Shown piece after piece: positions 35,565-46,223 of a stretch of DNA of 64,000 bases (the first letter of the stretch is position 1; the number at the start of each line of letters is the position of its first letter). The notes beneath the pieces are model-generated. The model saw nothing but the letters and a program-made list of their open reading frames with translations. It did not search any database and was not told the DNA's origin. A program made the translations under genes and the position numbers. Source of the DNA: Clostridia bacterium (GTDB lineage: Bacteria; Bacillota; Clostridia; Oscillospirales; CAG-272); the NCBI GenBank assembly GCA_017456985.1, contig JAFTIH010000027.1, forward strand, positions 1,575 through 65,574. The letters run 5' to 3'.

Positions 35565-36038
35565 ATGATCGTGATCGAAATGGAAAACGGTAAAAAAATC
35601 AAGATCGAGCTTCGCGAGGACGCCGCCCCCATTACCGCGGCGAACTTTTTGAAGCTCGTTAAGGAAGGGTTCTACGACGGGCTTATCTTCCACCGCGTCA
35701 TTCGCGGCTTTATGATCCAAGGCGGCGACCCCACGGGAACGGGTATGGGCGGCGCCTCGGAGCGCATCAAGGGTGAGTTTTCGATGAACGGCTGGAACAA
35801 CCCCCTGCGCCACACGCGCGGCGTGATCTCGATGGCGCGCTCGCAGATGCCCAACTCCGCCTCCTCGCAGTTCTTTATTATGCACGAGGATGCGCCCCAC
35901 CTCGACGGCTCCTACGCCGCATTCGGTCAGGTGGTTGAGGGGATGGACGTCGTGGACGAGATCGCCGCGACCCCGACCGATTACGCCGACCGCCCTGTGA
36001 TCGAGCAGAAAATGCTGCGCGTCACGGTAGAAGAATAA
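35565..36038 (+). CDS. ppiB: Cyclophilin-type peptidyl-prolyl cis-trans isomerase
   Basis: FHRVIRGFMIQGGDPTGTGMGG and SQFFIM motifs. I chose ATG 35565 because family members begin near this point. Confidence 0.85.
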   Translation: MIVIEMENGKKIKIELREDAAPITAANFLKLVKEGFYDGLIFHRVIRGFMIQGGDPTGTGMGGASERIKGEFSMNGWNNPLRHTRGVISMARSQMPNSASSQFFIMHEDAPHLDGSYAAFGQVVEGMDVVDEIAATPTDYADRPVIEQKMLRVTVEE

Positions 36039-36163
36039 AAGAAAAAAAGAAAAGGTCAGTCCTTGCTTTGCCCTTTAAGACGGTGCGGGCGGGGACTGCC
36101 TTTTTTTGTATATTTTTTGCGCGTCCTTCGTACAATAAACAAAAAGAAGGGCGGTGGGGAAGT

Positions 36164-37198
36164 GTGAATGAGCGCGTAAGGGCGTTTGGTGCGTGGTGTG
36201 TGGCGATCCTTGGAGGCGGGGCAATCTTGTATTTGATCCTCCGATATGCGCTAGGCGTGCTTTTGCCCTTCGGCTTTGGCTGGGCGGTCGCCGTCGCGGT
36301 GCGCCGCCCCGCCGCCTTTTTGCATAAAAAGCTCGGGCTCCCGACGGGCGCGGCACGGCTCCTTTTGGTGATCTTATCCCTTTTGCTCCTGTCTTTCGCC
36401 GTCGTGCTCGGCGTGCGCGGCATCGTGCGGGAGCTGTCCGCACTTGCGGGGGGACTTGGCGGAGATGCGGGCGCACTGCTTGAGCGCCTTCGGGCGATGC
36501 TCCTTAAAATTCCCTTGATCGGGGAGCGTCTTGCCGAGGGCGCCTTCTGGGGAGATGCGATCTCCGCCCTTCTCTCCGCTCTGCCCGCCGCCGTTGCCGC
36601 ACTGGGCGGCAAGCTTCCCTCGCTCCTTTTTACGCTCGGGGTGGGTGCCATCGCTGCGGCGTACTTTTGCCTTGATTTGGAACGCATCCACGCGGCGCTC
36701 TTGCGGCGCATCCCCCGCGCGTGGCAGGGCGTGCTCCGCTTTGCCAAGGACTCCGCCACGCGTGCCGCCTTGTCCGTGTTGCGCGCGCAAGGGGCGCTCG
36801 TTCTGATCGCCTTCGTTTTTTTGCTTTTGGGCTTCCTGCTTCTCAGGGTGCGTTACCCGTTGCTTCTCGCCACGCTCTTTTGTCTGTTTGATATTCTCCC
36901 CGTGCTGGGCGTGGGGATGCTGCTCGTGCCGTGGGGCGTCTTCGCTCTGCTTTCGGGCGCCAAGGGACTCGGGGTCGGGCTTCTTGTGCTTTTTGCCGCC
37001 ATCAGCATCGTCAGGCAGTTTGCGGAGCCGCGCTTGCTTGGCGCCTCGTACGGCGTGCATCCGTTGCTTACGCTGTTATCGCTCTATGCGGGCGCGCGGC
37101 TGTTCGGATTTTTAGGACTGTTGCTCTTTCCCGCTCTGACGCTCCTTCTTTACGAAACGTTTTTTGCGGACGAAGAAAAAAATAAAAGCCACCCGTGA
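36164..37198 (+). CDS. AI-2E/PerM family integral membrane protein (YtvI-like)
   Basis: Multiple TM helices. The C-terminal region IVRQFAEPRLLGASYGVHPLLTLLSLYAG is typical of the AI-2E family. The start is uncertain; GTG 36164 is proposed. Confidence 0.55.
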   Translation: MNERVRAFGAWCVAILGGGAILYLILRYALGVLLPFGFGWAVAVAVRRPAAFLHKKLGLPTGAARLLLVILSLLLLSFAVVLGVRGIVRELSALAGGLGGDAGALLERLRAMLLKIPLIGERLAEGAFWGDAISALLSALPAAVAALGGKLPSLLFTLGVGAIAAAYFCLDLERIHAALLRRIPRAWQGVLRFAKDSATRAALSVLRAQGALVLIAFVFLLLGFLLLRVRYPLLLATLFCLFDILPVLGVGMLLVPWGVFALLSGAKGLGVGLLVLFAAISIVRQFAEPRLLGASYGVHPLLTLLSLYAGARLFGFLGLLLFPALTLLLYETFFADEEKNKSHP

Positions 37199-37210
37199 TG
37201 GGTGGCTTTT
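37184..37210. terminator. Bidirectional terminator shared by the permease gene and rpmB
   Basis: Stem AGCCACCC / GGGTGGCT flanked by A- and T-runs. The stop codon of the permease gene lies in the loop. Confidence 0.75.
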
Positions 37211-37219
37211 ATAGAGCAC

Positions 37220-37405
37220 TTATGCGCGCTCAACCTTGCCGGAACGCAGGCAACGGGAGCAAACGTAAACGGTCTTGTTGGTGCCGTTTACAACTGCTTT
37301 TACCTTGCGGATGTTGGGCTTCCAGGTTCTGTTGCACTTACGGTGGGAGTGCGAGACGGTGTTGCCGAATACAACGCCCTTACCGCAAACACTGCACTTT
37401 GCCAT
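37220..37405 (-). CDS. rpmB: 50S ribosomal protein L28
   Basis: 61 aa: MAKCSVCGKGVVFGNTVSHSHRKCNRTWKPNIRKV..., a conserved bL28 sequence. Confidence 0.9.
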   Translation of the reverse strand: MAKCSVCGKGVVFGNTVSHSHRKCNRTWKPNIRKVKAVVNGTNKTVYVCSRCLRSGKVERA

Positions 37406-37475
37406 GAGTAATTACCTCCTAAATAATTCCATACTGTCGCATAATGCGATCTTGTTACACAAATCGACGAATTGT

Positions 37476-37504
37476 ATTATAACACATAACTTTCCAAAAA
37501 TCAA
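37476..37504 (-). promoter_or_regulatory. Sigma-70-type promoter of rpmB
   Basis: On the minus strand: TTGATT, a 17 nt spacer, then TATAAT. Confidence 0.55.
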
Positions 37505-37534
37505 TAGGCTTGGACGATTTTTTTAAAATATTTT

Positions 37535-40078
37535 TTAATGCTCCGCCTCTAACCAGTTCTTGCCCACGGCAGTTGCCACCGTCAGAGGAACGGCGAGCAG
37601 GACGGCGCCCTCCATTTCTTCTTTCAGAATGGTGCGGACACGCTCTGCCTCGCCCTCGTCGCATTCCACGATCAGCTCGTCGTGGACCTGCATCACGAGC
37701 CGCGCACTCTTGCACTCCTCGCACAGGCGGCGGTCGGCGCGCACCATCGCGACCTTGATGACGTCGGCGGCACTGCCTTGGATGGGGCTGTTCATCGCCA
37801 CGCGCTCGCCAAAGGAGCGCTGGGCGTAGATGCGGGAGGAAAGCTCGGGAATATAGCGGCGGCGACCGAGCACCGTCGTCGTGTAGCCCTGCTCCTTCGC
37901 GTCGGCGACGGTTTTGTCAAGATACGCCTTGATGCCCGGGAACTCGGCAAAATAGCTTTCCATATAGCGCTTTGCCTCGGCAACGCTGACACCAATGTCC
38001 GCGGAAAGGGAATATGCGCTGATGCCGTACACGATGCCGAAGTTGACCGCCTTCGCCCGACTGCGAAGCTCGTCGGGAACGGCACCCTCGGGGACGCGAA
38101 ACACGGCGGCGGCTGTGCGGCGGTGAATATCCACGCCCGAGAGAAAGGCGTCGCACATATTTTCGTCGCCCGAGAAGGCGGCGAGCAGGCGAAGCTCGAT
38201 CTGCGAGTAGTCGGCATCCACGAACACCCGCCCCTTTCCCTTGGGGACAAAGACGCGGCGCAGCTCTCTACCAAGCGCGGTGCGGATGGGAATGTTCTGC
38301 AAGTTCGGCTCCGCCGAGGACAGGCGTCCCGTTGCAGTCAGGGCTTGCTTGAAGTCGGTGTGGATCACGCCCTCCTCGTCTGCCACCTTTAAAAGTCCTT
38401 GCGCGTAGGTGGAGTAGAGCTTGGTGATTTTGCGATAGGTGAGGATCTCGTCCACGATGGGGTGCGCAAAGCGCAAGGAGCTCAGCGTATCGACGTCGGT
38501 CGAGTAGCCGTTTTTGTTCTTTTTAAGTCCCTTGGTGGGGAGCGCCAGATGCTCGAACAGCACCTCGGCGAGCTGCTTCGGCGAGTTGATGTTAAAATCC
38601 ATCCCCGCAAGCGCCGTGATGTTTTCGGTGAGCAAAACGATCTCTGCGGCAAGTCTCTCGCCAAAGGCGGTGAGCGCCGCCGTATCGATGCGGAAGCCCT
38701 CCTTCTCCATCCGCGTAAGCACGGGGCAAAGGGGAAGCTCGACCTCGTCTAAAAGCGCGCGGGCACCGATGGCGTCGATCTCTGTCGAAAGCGCCTCTTC
38801 TAAGCGCAAAAGAAGTGTCACAGCCCCATCGTCCTCGGGGAGCGCTTCGCCGAGATAGCGAAGCGAAAGGGAGGACAGGTCCGTGCTGCCGTCCCCGCCG
38901 CTGAGCACGTAGCCGTACAGCAAAAGATCGCGCGGCACGAGCGGCGTATCGGGAAGGGCGTGTAAAAGCCGCTTGGCGTCGTGCGTCACGACGCGGCGGG
39001 AGCCGTCAAAGAGGGGGAAAAGCGCCGAGGGGGCGCAGGTGCTTTTGAAGATCTCCTTGCCGTTTGAGAACAAAAAGCCGTCGGGAGAGGGAAGGACTGC
39101 GAGCGCCGATCCTGCGGGAAAACGCGCGATCAGCTCGTCGGCGTTGCAGGACGAAGCGGCGGGCGCGGCGGGTGCGCTCTCTTTTTGTGTCCCCTCCGCC
39201 TCGCAAGGACATTTGGATGGGGTGAGCGAGAGCTTCTTGATCAGTCCCGTAAATTCGAGCGCCACGCATTTGTCGTACATCGCGGGGGATACGCCCATAT
39301 AGCACAGCTCCTCGAGCGTCACGCCGAGCGGGACCTCGCGGCAGATGGTGGCGAGAAACAGGGATTCTTCTGCATACGAGCGACCTGCCGTGAGCTTTTC
39401 GCGCACGCCCTTAGAAATGGAGGGCGCGTCCAGATGCTCGTATAGCCCATCGATGGAATGAAATTCCGCGATCAGCTTGGTCGCCGTTTTTTCTCCGATG
39501 CCGGGCACGCCGTAAATATGGTCGGAGGAATCTCCCATCAGCGCTTTAAGCGCAACGAACTCGGAGGGCTCGATGCCGTACTTGGTGAAAAACGCGTCGC
39601 GGTCGAAGGAGACCGTTTCTCCCGTCGAGGCGAGAAGCACGGTCGTTTTGTCGCTGATGAGCTGGAGCAGATCGCGGTCGCCCGACAGCACGTAGGTGTG
39701 CGTGTCCTCGCGTGCGTCGCCAAGCGCGGCAACGGTGCCGAGAATATCGTCTGCCTCGTACCCCTCTAGCTCTAAGGTGCGGAAGCCGAGCAGACGCAAG
39801 CATTCCTTCGCGTCGTTAAATTGGGCGAGCAGATCGGGGGGCGTTTCGTGACGCCCCTCTTTATAATAAGGATATTTTTGTTTGCGGAAATTGGGTGCCT
39901 TCAAATCAAAGGCAACGGCGGCAAAGTCGGGACGGATGGCGTCGAGGTGCCTGAGCACGATATTCAGCATTCCGTAAATGGCGTTCGTGGGCTTGCCGTC
40001 CTTGGTCGAGAGGGGGCGGATGCCGTAGAAGGCGCGGTTGAGGATGCTGTTTCCGTCAATGACGAGTGTTTTCTTCAT
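37535..40078 (-). CDS. polA: DNA polymerase I
   Basis: 847 aa. N-terminal 5'-3' exonuclease domain (LVIDGNSILNRAFYG). Pol A family motifs DYSQIELR and QVHDELIVE. Confidence 0.95.
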   Translation of the reverse strand: MKKTLVIDGNSILNRAFYGIRPLSTKDGKPTNAIYGMLNIVLRHLDAIRPDFAAVAFDLKAPNFRKQKYPYYKEGRHETPPDLLAQFNDAKECLRLLGFRTLELEGYEADDILGTVAALGDAREDTHTYVLSGDRDLLQLISDKTTVLLASTGETVSFDRDAFFTKYGIEPSEFVALKALMGDSSDHIYGVPGIGEKTATKLIAEFHSIDGLYEHLDAPSISKGVREKLTAGRSYAEESLFLATICREVPLGVTLEELCYMGVSPAMYDKCVALEFTGLIKKLSLTPSKCPCEAEGTQKESAPAAPAASSCNADELIARFPAGSALAVLPSPDGFLFSNGKEIFKSTCAPSALFPLFDGSRRVVTHDAKRLLHALPDTPLVPRDLLLYGYVLSGGDGSTDLSSLSLRYLGEALPEDDGAVTLLLRLEEALSTEIDAIGARALLDEVELPLCPVLTRMEKEGFRIDTAALTAFGERLAAEIVLLTENITALAGMDFNINSPKQLAEVLFEHLALPTKGLKKNKNGYSTDVDTLSSLRFAHPIVDEILTYRKITKLYSTYAQGLLKVADEEGVIHTDFKQALTATGRLSSAEPNLQNIPIRTALGRELRRVFVPKGKGRVFVDADYSQIELRLLAAFSGDENMCDAFLSGVDIHRRTAAAVFRVPEGAVPDELRSRAKAVNFGIVYGISAYSLSADIGVSVAEAKRYMESYFAEFPGIKAYLDKTVADAKEQGYTTTVLGRRRYIPELSSRIYAQRSFGERVAMNSPIQGSAADVIKVAMVRADRRLCEECKSARLVMQVHDELIVECDEGEAERVRTILKEEMEGAVLLAVPLTVATAVGKNWLEAEH

Positions 40079-41043
40079 TCTTTCTCCTCATCGTTCTTGG
40101 GGGTGATGTCAAAGGTATCGGTCTTGGCGTCAAAATTAAAACGCTCTTGCGCGAAGGGCTCCTTTTCGTCGGGAATGATCGGGATCTCCTCTGCCTCGAA
40201 TGCAGTGGGACGCCCGATGGCGGCGGCAAGATCCTCCGAGGTGTAGTAGGTAGGCAGGCAGAAGGAGAGGAGCCTTGTCAAGGTGTAAAGGAAGAGTCCG
40301 AACAAAAGGAAGTCGTGCATCACGATGCCGACGAGAGGGCGCTGCTCCACCGCGTTGTAGATCAGACCCGACACGGCGGCAGAGCCGCAAAGCGTGACGG
40401 CACACATACAGACGGGCAGGAAGAGTGCCTCGTGCATCGTCCCCTGACGGAAGCGACCCTCGGCAAGAAAGAAGAGAACGAGCACGACGAAGGTGATCTG
40501 GTCAAAGATCTTGATGGGGCTGTTCAGCGTGAACGCGGTGTCAAAGTACGCGTAGAACGCAAAGGCGAGGCAGAAGAGCGCTGCGCCGAGTCCCGTTAGT
40601 AGCGTTGCACCGTGCGGCGGGTGGGGAAGGGCGTTGAGAACGAGATATACCGCACTCACGGCGCCAAAGCACAAAAGAAGGATGCCGCAAACCGTTTGCA
40701 CGGGCATGTGCGGCTCTGAAAAGAACTCGCCCGCAAAGGAAACGAGCCACACGACGGTGGCAATTGCGGCAAAGCCCGCGGCAAAGAGGGTGGGGAGCGT
40801 GGTCTTGTACGCTCTGCCCGTCAGTGACTCGCGGAAGAGCGCGCCGAAGAGCAAAAACGCCACGGCGGCTGCTATATATATTAAAGGAAGAAAAACGTCG
40901 GCAAAAAATCCCCCGTCAAAATGTCCGAGCGAGGGGGTGTAGTGAGAAAGGAGCGCGTACGTGCGCGCACCCGTCGTTAAGATAACGAACAAAAGCGTGG
41001 CGACAAACGCCGTAAAGAAAACTTTCTTTGCTTTGAAGTTCAT
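40075..41043 (-). CDS. Polytopic membrane protein of unknown function
   Basis: 322 aa with about 8 hydrophobic helices. The stop overlaps the polA start by 4 nt. Confidence 0.55.
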   Translation of the reverse strand: MNFKAKKVFFTAFVATLLFVILTTGARTYALLSHYTPSLGHFDGGFFADVFLPLIYIAAAVAFLLFGALFRESLTGRAYKTTLPTLFAAGFAAIATVVWLVSFAGEFFSEPHMPVQTVCGILLLCFGAVSAVYLVLNALPHPPHGATLLTGLGAALFCLAFAFYAYFDTAFTLNSPIKIFDQITFVVLVLFFLAEGRFRQGTMHEALFLPVCMCAVTLCGSAAVSGLIYNAVEQRPLVGIVMHDFLLFGLFLYTLTRLLSFCLPTYYTSEDLAAAIGRPTAFEAEEIPIIPDEKEPFAQERFNFDAKTDTFDITPKNDEEKE

Positions 41044-41198
41044 AACAGATCCTCTTCTTCATCTTTGATAAAACCATTGTACCGCAGAGATGTGAATAAA
41101 ATGTAAAGAAAGGCGGCTTTGTGCAAAATATCCAAAAAATAACCGCGGATTTCGAGAATTTTTTTCATAAAAATTTACAAATAAATCGGACAAAGGGG

Positions 41199-41227
41199 TT
41201 GCTTTTTTACGAGAAATCCGTTATAAT
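41199..41227 (+). promoter_or_regulatory. Sigma-70-type promoter of the S10 operon
   Basis: TTGCTT (41199-41204), a 17 nt spacer, then TATAAT (41222-41227). Confidence 0.55.
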
Positions 41228-41234
41228 AGTAAGG

Positions 41235-41464
41235 CTTGATATGCGTTGAAGCGAGAGGTTGCCGCTAAAAGCGGGTAATTTTCGTGGAGTATGTCCGACA
41301 AATCGGGCGAAACACACTAGCCCCCTGCGTCAAAACCGCGATCCCGGGTTCTGCCTTTGCGGAAAGGCGATTCCCGGATAACTTTCGTAGAGGTTTGAAA
41401 CGCGCGGAGCCGTGTGAATGGCAATCGCCCCCCTGAGAAAGAATTCTAAAAGGAGGCAGACAAA
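41235..41464 (+). promoter_or_regulatory. Long (~230 nt) structured 5' leader of the S10 operon
   Basis: Non-coding stretch between the promoter and rpsJ with several GC-rich inverted repeats. No long ORF is present. Confidence 0.4.
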
Positions 41465-41773
41465 ATGGCAAAGGAAAAAATCAGAGTGAAGCTCAAGAGC
41501 TACGACCACACGCTCGTCGATGCTGCGGCAGCAAAGGTTGTGGAAGTTGCTAAGAGAAACGGCGGTGCGGTATCGGGTCCCATTCCCCTTCCCACTGACA
41601 AAGAGATCATCACTATTCTTCGTGCGGTACACAAGTACAAGGACAGCCGTGAGCAGTTCGAGACCCGTACCCACAAGCGTCTGATCGACATTCTGAACCC
41701 CCAGCAGAAGACCATCGAGGACCTGATGAGCCTCGAGCTTCCCGCCGGTGTTGAGATCGAGATCAAGGCGTAA
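41465..41773 (+). CDS. rpsJ: 30S ribosomal protein S10
   Basis: Conserved uS10 sequence ([10 protein letters not shown]...) with SD AAAGGAGG upstream. Confidence 0.95.
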   Translation: MAKEKIRVKLKSYDHTLVDAAAAKVVEVAKRNGGAVSGPIPLPTDKEIITILRAVHKYKDSREQFETRTHKRLIDILNPQQKTIEDLMSLELPAGVEIEIKA

Positions 41774-41882
41774 CTCCTCATTCCGCAGAGGAACCCAAAC
41801 TTAACCACGATCCGTGGTCACGTTGGTGTGATCGGGAAACCGAAAATTCAAACACATCAACCAATAACGAACGGAGGAAAAA

Positions 41883-42515
41883 ATGAAAAAAGGCATGATC
41901 GGTAAGAAGCTGGGTATGACCCAGATCTTCGACGAGGTCGGCAACGTGATCCCCGTAACCCTGATTGAAGCAGGTCCTTGCGTGGTCGCGCAGAAGAAGA
42001 CGGTTGAGAACGATGGCTACGATGCAGTCCAGCTCGCATACAGCGACGTTAAGGATAAGCACCTGGCAAAGGCTCAGCTCGGTCACTTCAAGAAGGCAGG
42101 TATCTCTCCCAAGAGACACCTCAAGGAGTTCCGCTTGGCAGATACGAGCGCGTACGAGGTTGGCACTGTGGTTTCCGTCGATACCTTCGCCGCAGGCGAG
42201 AAGGTCGACATCACCGGAACCAGCAAGGGTCACGGTTATTCGGGCGTTGTCAAGAGATGGAATTTCGCAGTGCTCAGAATGTCCCACGGTACGGGTCCTG
42301 TACACCGTACGGGCGGCTCGATGGGTATGAACTCCACTCCTTCCCGCATCTTCAAGAACAAGAAGATGGCTGGTCACTGGGGTGACGAGAAGGTAACCAT
42401 CCTGAACCTGGCAGTAGTTAAAGTTGACGCAGAAAAGAACATTATCGCGGTCAAGGGTGCCGTTCCCGGCGCTAAGGGAAGCATCGTCTTCATCCGTGAT
42501 TCTGTGAAAGCATAA
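41883..42515 (+). CDS. rplC: 50S ribosomal protein L3
   Basis: Conserved uL3 sequence (GMIGKKLGMTQIF...) in canonical operon order. Confidence 0.95.
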   Translation: MKKGMIGKKLGMTQIFDEVGNVIPVTLIEAGPCVVAQKKTVENDGYDAVQLAYSDVKDKHLAKAQLGHFKKAGISPKRHLKEFRLADTSAYEVGTVVSVDTFAAGEKVDITGTSKGHGYSGVVKRWNFAVLRMSHGTGPVHRTGGSMGMNSTPSRIFKNKKMAGHWGDEKVTILNLAVVKVDAEKNIIAVKGAVPGAKGSIVFIRDSVKA

Positions 42516-42533
42516 CGGAAGGAGGAAATACGA

Positions 42534-43160
42534 ATGCCTAACATGAAAGTTGTAGATATGGCGGGCAAGGAAGTAGGCGAGATCGCTCTGTCCGATGTCA
42601 TTTTCGGTGCAGAAGTAAATCCCAGCGTCCTCCACACCGCAGTAAGAGCATATCTTTTGAACCAGAGACAGGGTACGCAGTCCACGCTCACTCGCAGCGA
42701 GGTTTCGGGCGGCGGCAAGAAGCCCTGGAAGCAGAAGGGTACCGGCCACGCAAGACAGGGCTCGACCCGTTCTCCTCAGTGGACGCACGGTGGTATCGCA
42801 CTCGGCCCCAAGCCCCGCAGCTACCGCGTGAGCCTCAACAAGAAGATGAAGAGAGCAGCGCTGTTCGGCGCACTCACCAGCAAGGTTGCTGAGGAGAGCC
42901 TCGTCATCGTTGACAGCATCGTAGCAGAGAGCTACAGCACCAAGGCTATGGTCGCTTTCCTTGACGCCGTCAGCGGCGCAAAGAAGACTCTGATCGTTCT
43001 TCCCGCAGTTGACGAGAAGGTCGTAAAGAGCTGCGACAACATCCCCGGTGTTAAGACGACTGTCTATAACTCCATCAACGTTTACGACATCCTGAACTGC
43101 GATAAGCTGGTTCTTGCAAAGGGTGCGGCTGAAAAGATCCAGGAGGTATATGTAAAATGA
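42534..43160 (+). CDS. rplD: 50S ribosomal protein L4
   Basis: Conserved uL4 sequence (KPWKQKGTGHARQGS). Confidence 0.95.
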   Translation: MPNMKVVDMAGKEVGEIALSDVIFGAEVNPSVLHTAVRAYLLNQRQGTQSTLTRSEVSGGGKKPWKQKGTGHARQGSTRSPQWTHGGIALGPKPRSYRVSLNKKMKRAALFGALTSKVAEESLVIVDSIVAESYSTKAMVAFLDAVSGAKKTLIVLPAVDEKVVKSCDNIPGVKTTVYNSINVYDILNCDKLVLAKGAAEKIQEVYVK

Positions 43161-43453
43161 GAAACCTTTCTGATATCATTTTAAAGCCTGTCATCACCGA
43201 AAAGGCGATGGACATGATCTCCGCAAAGCGCTACGTATTCAAGGTAGCGAAGGATGCGAACAAGCCCGAGATCGCAGCAGCGGTCGAGGCAATGTTTGAG
43301 GGCGTTAAGGTCGCTGACGTTAACGTCATCACCATGAAGAAGAAGCCCAAGAGACTTGGTGTTCACGCGGGCTATACCGGCGAATGGAAGAAGGCGATCG
43401 TCACCCTGACGGAAGACTCCAAGAGCATCGCATTCTTCGAGAGCCTGAGCTAA
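43157..43453 (+). CDS. rplW: 50S ribosomal protein L23
   Basis: Conserved uL23 sequence, overlapping the rplD stop. Confidence 0.95.
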   Translation: MRNLSDIILKPVITEKAMDMISAKRYVFKVAKDANKPEIAAAVEAMFEGVKVADVNVITMKKKPKRLGVHAGYTGEWKKAIVTLTEDSKSIAFFESLS

Positions 43454-43466
43454 GGAGGAACAAAGA

Positions 43467-44297
43467 ATGGCTACTATGAATTATAAGCCCACAACTCCTT
43501 CCCGCAGAAATATGGTTACCCCCTCTTTCGCAGAGCTGACCAAGTTCACTCCCGAAAAGAGCCTGATCGAAACCAAGAAGAAGCATGCGGGTCGTAACAG
43601 TTACGGCAAGATCACCGTTCGCCATCACGGCGGCGGCAACAAGGTAAAGTACAGAATCGTTGACTTCAAGCGCCGCGAAACGGGTGCTGCAAAGGTCATC
43701 GGTGTCGAGTACGACCCTAACCGTACCGCATATATCGCCCTTCTCGAGGACGAGGCCGGCGATAAGAGCTATATCATCGCTCCCGCAGGTCTGACGGACG
43801 GCGACGTCGTTTACTCGGGCGCTGAGGCAGATATCAAGCCCGGTAACACGCTGCCGATCTCCTCGATTCCCGTAGGTACCGTCATTCACAACATCGAGCT
43901 GTATCCCGGTAAGGGTGGTCAGCTTGCTCGCTCGGCTGGTGCTCAGGCACAGCTGATGGCTAAGGAAAACGGCGTAGCACAGGTTCGTCTTCCTTCCGGC
44001 GAGGTTCGCATCGTCCGTCTTGACTGCAAGGCTACGATCGGACAGGTCGGTAACATCGAGCACGACACCATCAAGATCGGTAAGGCAGGTAAGACCCGTC
44101 ACAAGGGTATTCGTCCTACCGTCCGCGGTAGCGTTATGAACCCTGTTGACCACCCCCACGGTGGTGGTGAGGGTCGTGCGCCCATCGGTCACACGGGTCC
44201 TCGTACGCCTTGGGGCAAGCCCGCTCTTGGTCTTAAGACCAGAAGCAAGAAGGCGAGAACGAATAAGTTTATCGTGAAGCGTCGCGGTAGCAAGTAA
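43467..44297 (+). CDS. rplB: 50S ribosomal protein L2
   Basis: Conserved uL2 sequence ([16 protein letters not shown]). Confidence 0.95.
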   Translation: MATMNYKPTTPSRRNMVTPSFAELTKFTPEKSLIETKKKHAGRNSYGKITVRHHGGGNKVKYRIVDFKRRETGAAKVIGVEYDPNRTAYIALLEDEAGDKSYIIAPAGLTDGDVVYSGAEADIKPGNTLPISSIPVGTVIHNIELYPGKGGQLARSAGAQAQLMAKENGVAQVRLPSGEVRIVRLDCKATIGQVGNIEHDTIKIGKAGKTRHKGIRPTVRGSVMNPVDHPHGGGEGRAPIGHTGPRTPWGKPALGLKTRSKKARTNKFIVKRRGSK

Positions 44298-44311
44298 GGA
44301 GGCACACAGTA

Positions 44312-44587
44312 ATGAGTAGAAGTTTGAAAAAAGCGCCCTTCGTGGAAGAGAAGCTGTATAACAGAATCGTTGCCATGAACGAAAAGGGCGAGAAGAAAGT
44401 CCTCAAGACCTGGTCTCGTGCATCCACGATCTTCCCTGAGTTCGTCGGTCATACGATCGCCGTTCACGACGGTAGAAAGCATGTTCCGGTTTACGTTACG
44501 GAAGATATGGTCGGACACAAGCTCGGTGAGTTTGCTCTGACCCGTACCTTCAAGGGCCACGCCGGCACGAAGACGTCCAACAAGTAA
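44312..44587 (+). CDS. rpsS: 30S ribosomal protein S19
   Basis: Conserved uS19 sequence ([11 protein letters not shown]...HDGRKHVPV). Confidence 0.95.
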   Translation: MSRSLKKAPFVEEKLYNRIVAMNEKGEKKVLKTWSRASTIFPEFVGHTIAVHDGRKHVPVYVTEDMVGHKLGEFALTRTFKGHAGTKTSNK

Positions 44588-44611
44588 GGCGAGAGGAGGC
44601 ATAGCTAAACA

Positions 44612-45025
44612 ATGAAGAAAGAAAAGAGAATTGCGCTGGAAGAGAGAAAGGCTGCGGAAAAGAACGCACCCGAAGGCAGAGCGTATCTGAAGTACGTTCG
44701 CATCTCCCCCCGCAAAGTTGAAATCGTCCTGAATCTGATCAGAGGCAAGGACACCGATACCGCTATGGCGATCCTCAAGAACACGCCCAAGCGTGCATCC
44801 GAATACCTTGTAAAGCTCTTGAAGAGCGCTGTTGCAAACGCTGAGCACAAGAACGCAGAGAAGGCTCTGGGTATGGATACCTCGAACCTTTACGTTGCAG
44901 AGTGCTTCGTATGCCCCGGCCCTACGCTCAAGAGAATTCAGCCCAGAGCTCAGGGTAGAGCATTCCAGATTTTAAAGAGAACCAGCCACGTAACGCTGGT
45001 AGTCAAAGAAAGGGGGACTAAATAA
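44612..45025 (+). CDS. rplV: 50S ribosomal protein L22
   Basis: Conserved uL22 core ([18 protein letters not shown]) with a short charged N-terminal extension. Confidence 0.9.
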   Translation: MKKEKRIALEERKAAEKNAPEGRAYLKYVRISPRKVEIVLNLIRGKDTDTAMAILKNTPKRASEYLVKLLKSAVANAEHKNAEKALGMDTSNLYVAECFVCPGPTLKRIQPRAQGRAFQILKRTSHVTLVVKERGTK

Positions 45026-45795
45026 TGGGACAGAAAGTAAATCCTCACGGCCTGCGTGTCGGTGTTATCAAGGATTGGGATTCCAGATGGTTCGTTAAGG
45101 ACGAGGAATTCGGCGATGCCCTTGTGTCCGACTACAAGATCAGAAAGTATCTGAAGGCAAAGCTTCAGTCTGCAGGTGTCCCCAAGTTTGAGATCGAGCG
45201 CGACAGAATGCGCGTTCGCGTCTTCATCCACTGCGCAAAGCCGGGTATGGTAATCGGCCGCGGCGGCTCCGAGATCGAGAAGCTGCGCACCGAGCTTGAG
45301 GCAATGGTTGGTCGCCCCGTGGTCGTCAACGTTGTCGAGATCAAGAACCCCGACCTCAACGCACAGCTCGTTGCTGAGAACATCGCAGCACAGCTCGAAA
45401 ACAGAATTGCTTTCCGTCGTGCTATGAAGAAGGCAATCGGTAACACGATGCGCCTTGGTGCGAAGGGTATCAAGATCTCCTGCGGCGGCCGTCTTGGCGG
45501 CGCTGAGATCGCCCGCACCGAGCACTATCACGAAGGCACCATTCCGCTTCAGACCATCAGAGCCGACATCGAGTACGGCTTCTGGGAGGCAAACACCACC
45601 TACGGTAAGATCGGTATCAAGGTTTGGATCTACAAGGGCGAGGTTCTTGCAGAGAACGAAAACGCTCAGAGAAGAAACGACCGCACCGACAGACGTCCTC
45701 CCCGCCGTGACGGCGATCGCCGCCGCGATGGAGGCAGAGGTCCTCGCAACGGTGGCTTCCGTGGTCCCAGAAAACCCGAGGGAGGTAACCGCTAA
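45025..45795 (+). CDS. rpsC: 30S ribosomal protein S3 with an Arg/Gly/Asp-rich C-terminal extension
   Basis: Conserved uS3 sequence ([13 protein letters not shown]...). Tail [41 protein letters not shown]. Confidence 0.95.
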   Translation: MGQKVNPHGLRVGVIKDWDSRWFVKDEEFGDALVSDYKIRKYLKAKLQSAGVPKFEIERDRMRVRVFIHCAKPGMVIGRGGSEIEKLRTELEAMVGRPVVVNVVEIKNPDLNAQLVAENIAAQLENRIAFRRAMKKAIGNTMRLGAKGIKISCGGRLGGAEIARTEHYHEGTIPLQTIRADIEYGFWEANTTYGKIGIKVWIYKGEVLAENENAQRRNDRTDRRPPRRDGDRRRDGGRGPRNGGFRGPRKPEGGNR

Positions 45796-46220
45796 TGTTG
45801 ATGCCTAAGAGAGTAAAATACAGACGTGTCCACCGCGGTCGTATGACCGGTAAGGCACTGCGTGGTAACACGCTGTCCAACGGTGCATACGGTCTTGTAG
45901 CAACCGAGCCTGCATGGATCACCGGCACCCAGATCGAGGCTGCCCGTATCGCAATGACCCGTTACACCAAGCGTGGCGGTCAGGTTTGGATCAAGATTTT
46001 CCCCGACAAGCCCGTAACCGAGAAGCCTGCTGAGACCCGAATGGGTTCCGGTAAGGGTTCTCCCGAATACTGGGTCGCTGTGGTTAAGCCCGGCAGAATC
46101 CTGTTCGAGATGGACGGCGTTGCCGAGGACGTTGCAAAAGAAGCAATGCGTCTTGCAATGCACAAGCTTCCTATCAAGTGTAAGTTTGTGACGCGCGAAA
46201 CGCAGGGACAGGAGGGTTAA
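45795..46220 (+). CDS. rplP: 50S ribosomal protein L16
   Basis: Conserved uL16 sequence ([17 protein letters not shown]). Confidence 0.95.
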   Translation: MLMPKRVKYRRVHRGRMTGKALRGNTLSNGAYGLVATEPAWITGTQIEAARIAMTRYTKRGGQVWIKIFPDKPVTEKPAETRMGSGKGSPEYWVAVVKPGRILFEMDGVAEDVAKEAMRLAMHKLPIKCKFVTRETQGQEG

Positions 46221-46223
46221 GCC

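Noticed and set aside
36022-36759. 245 aa and 228 aa minus-strand ORFs rich in Arg/Ala/Pro/Ser.
   Set aside because: They are shadow frames of the AI-2E-like permease gene, whose sense translation shows regular TM helices.
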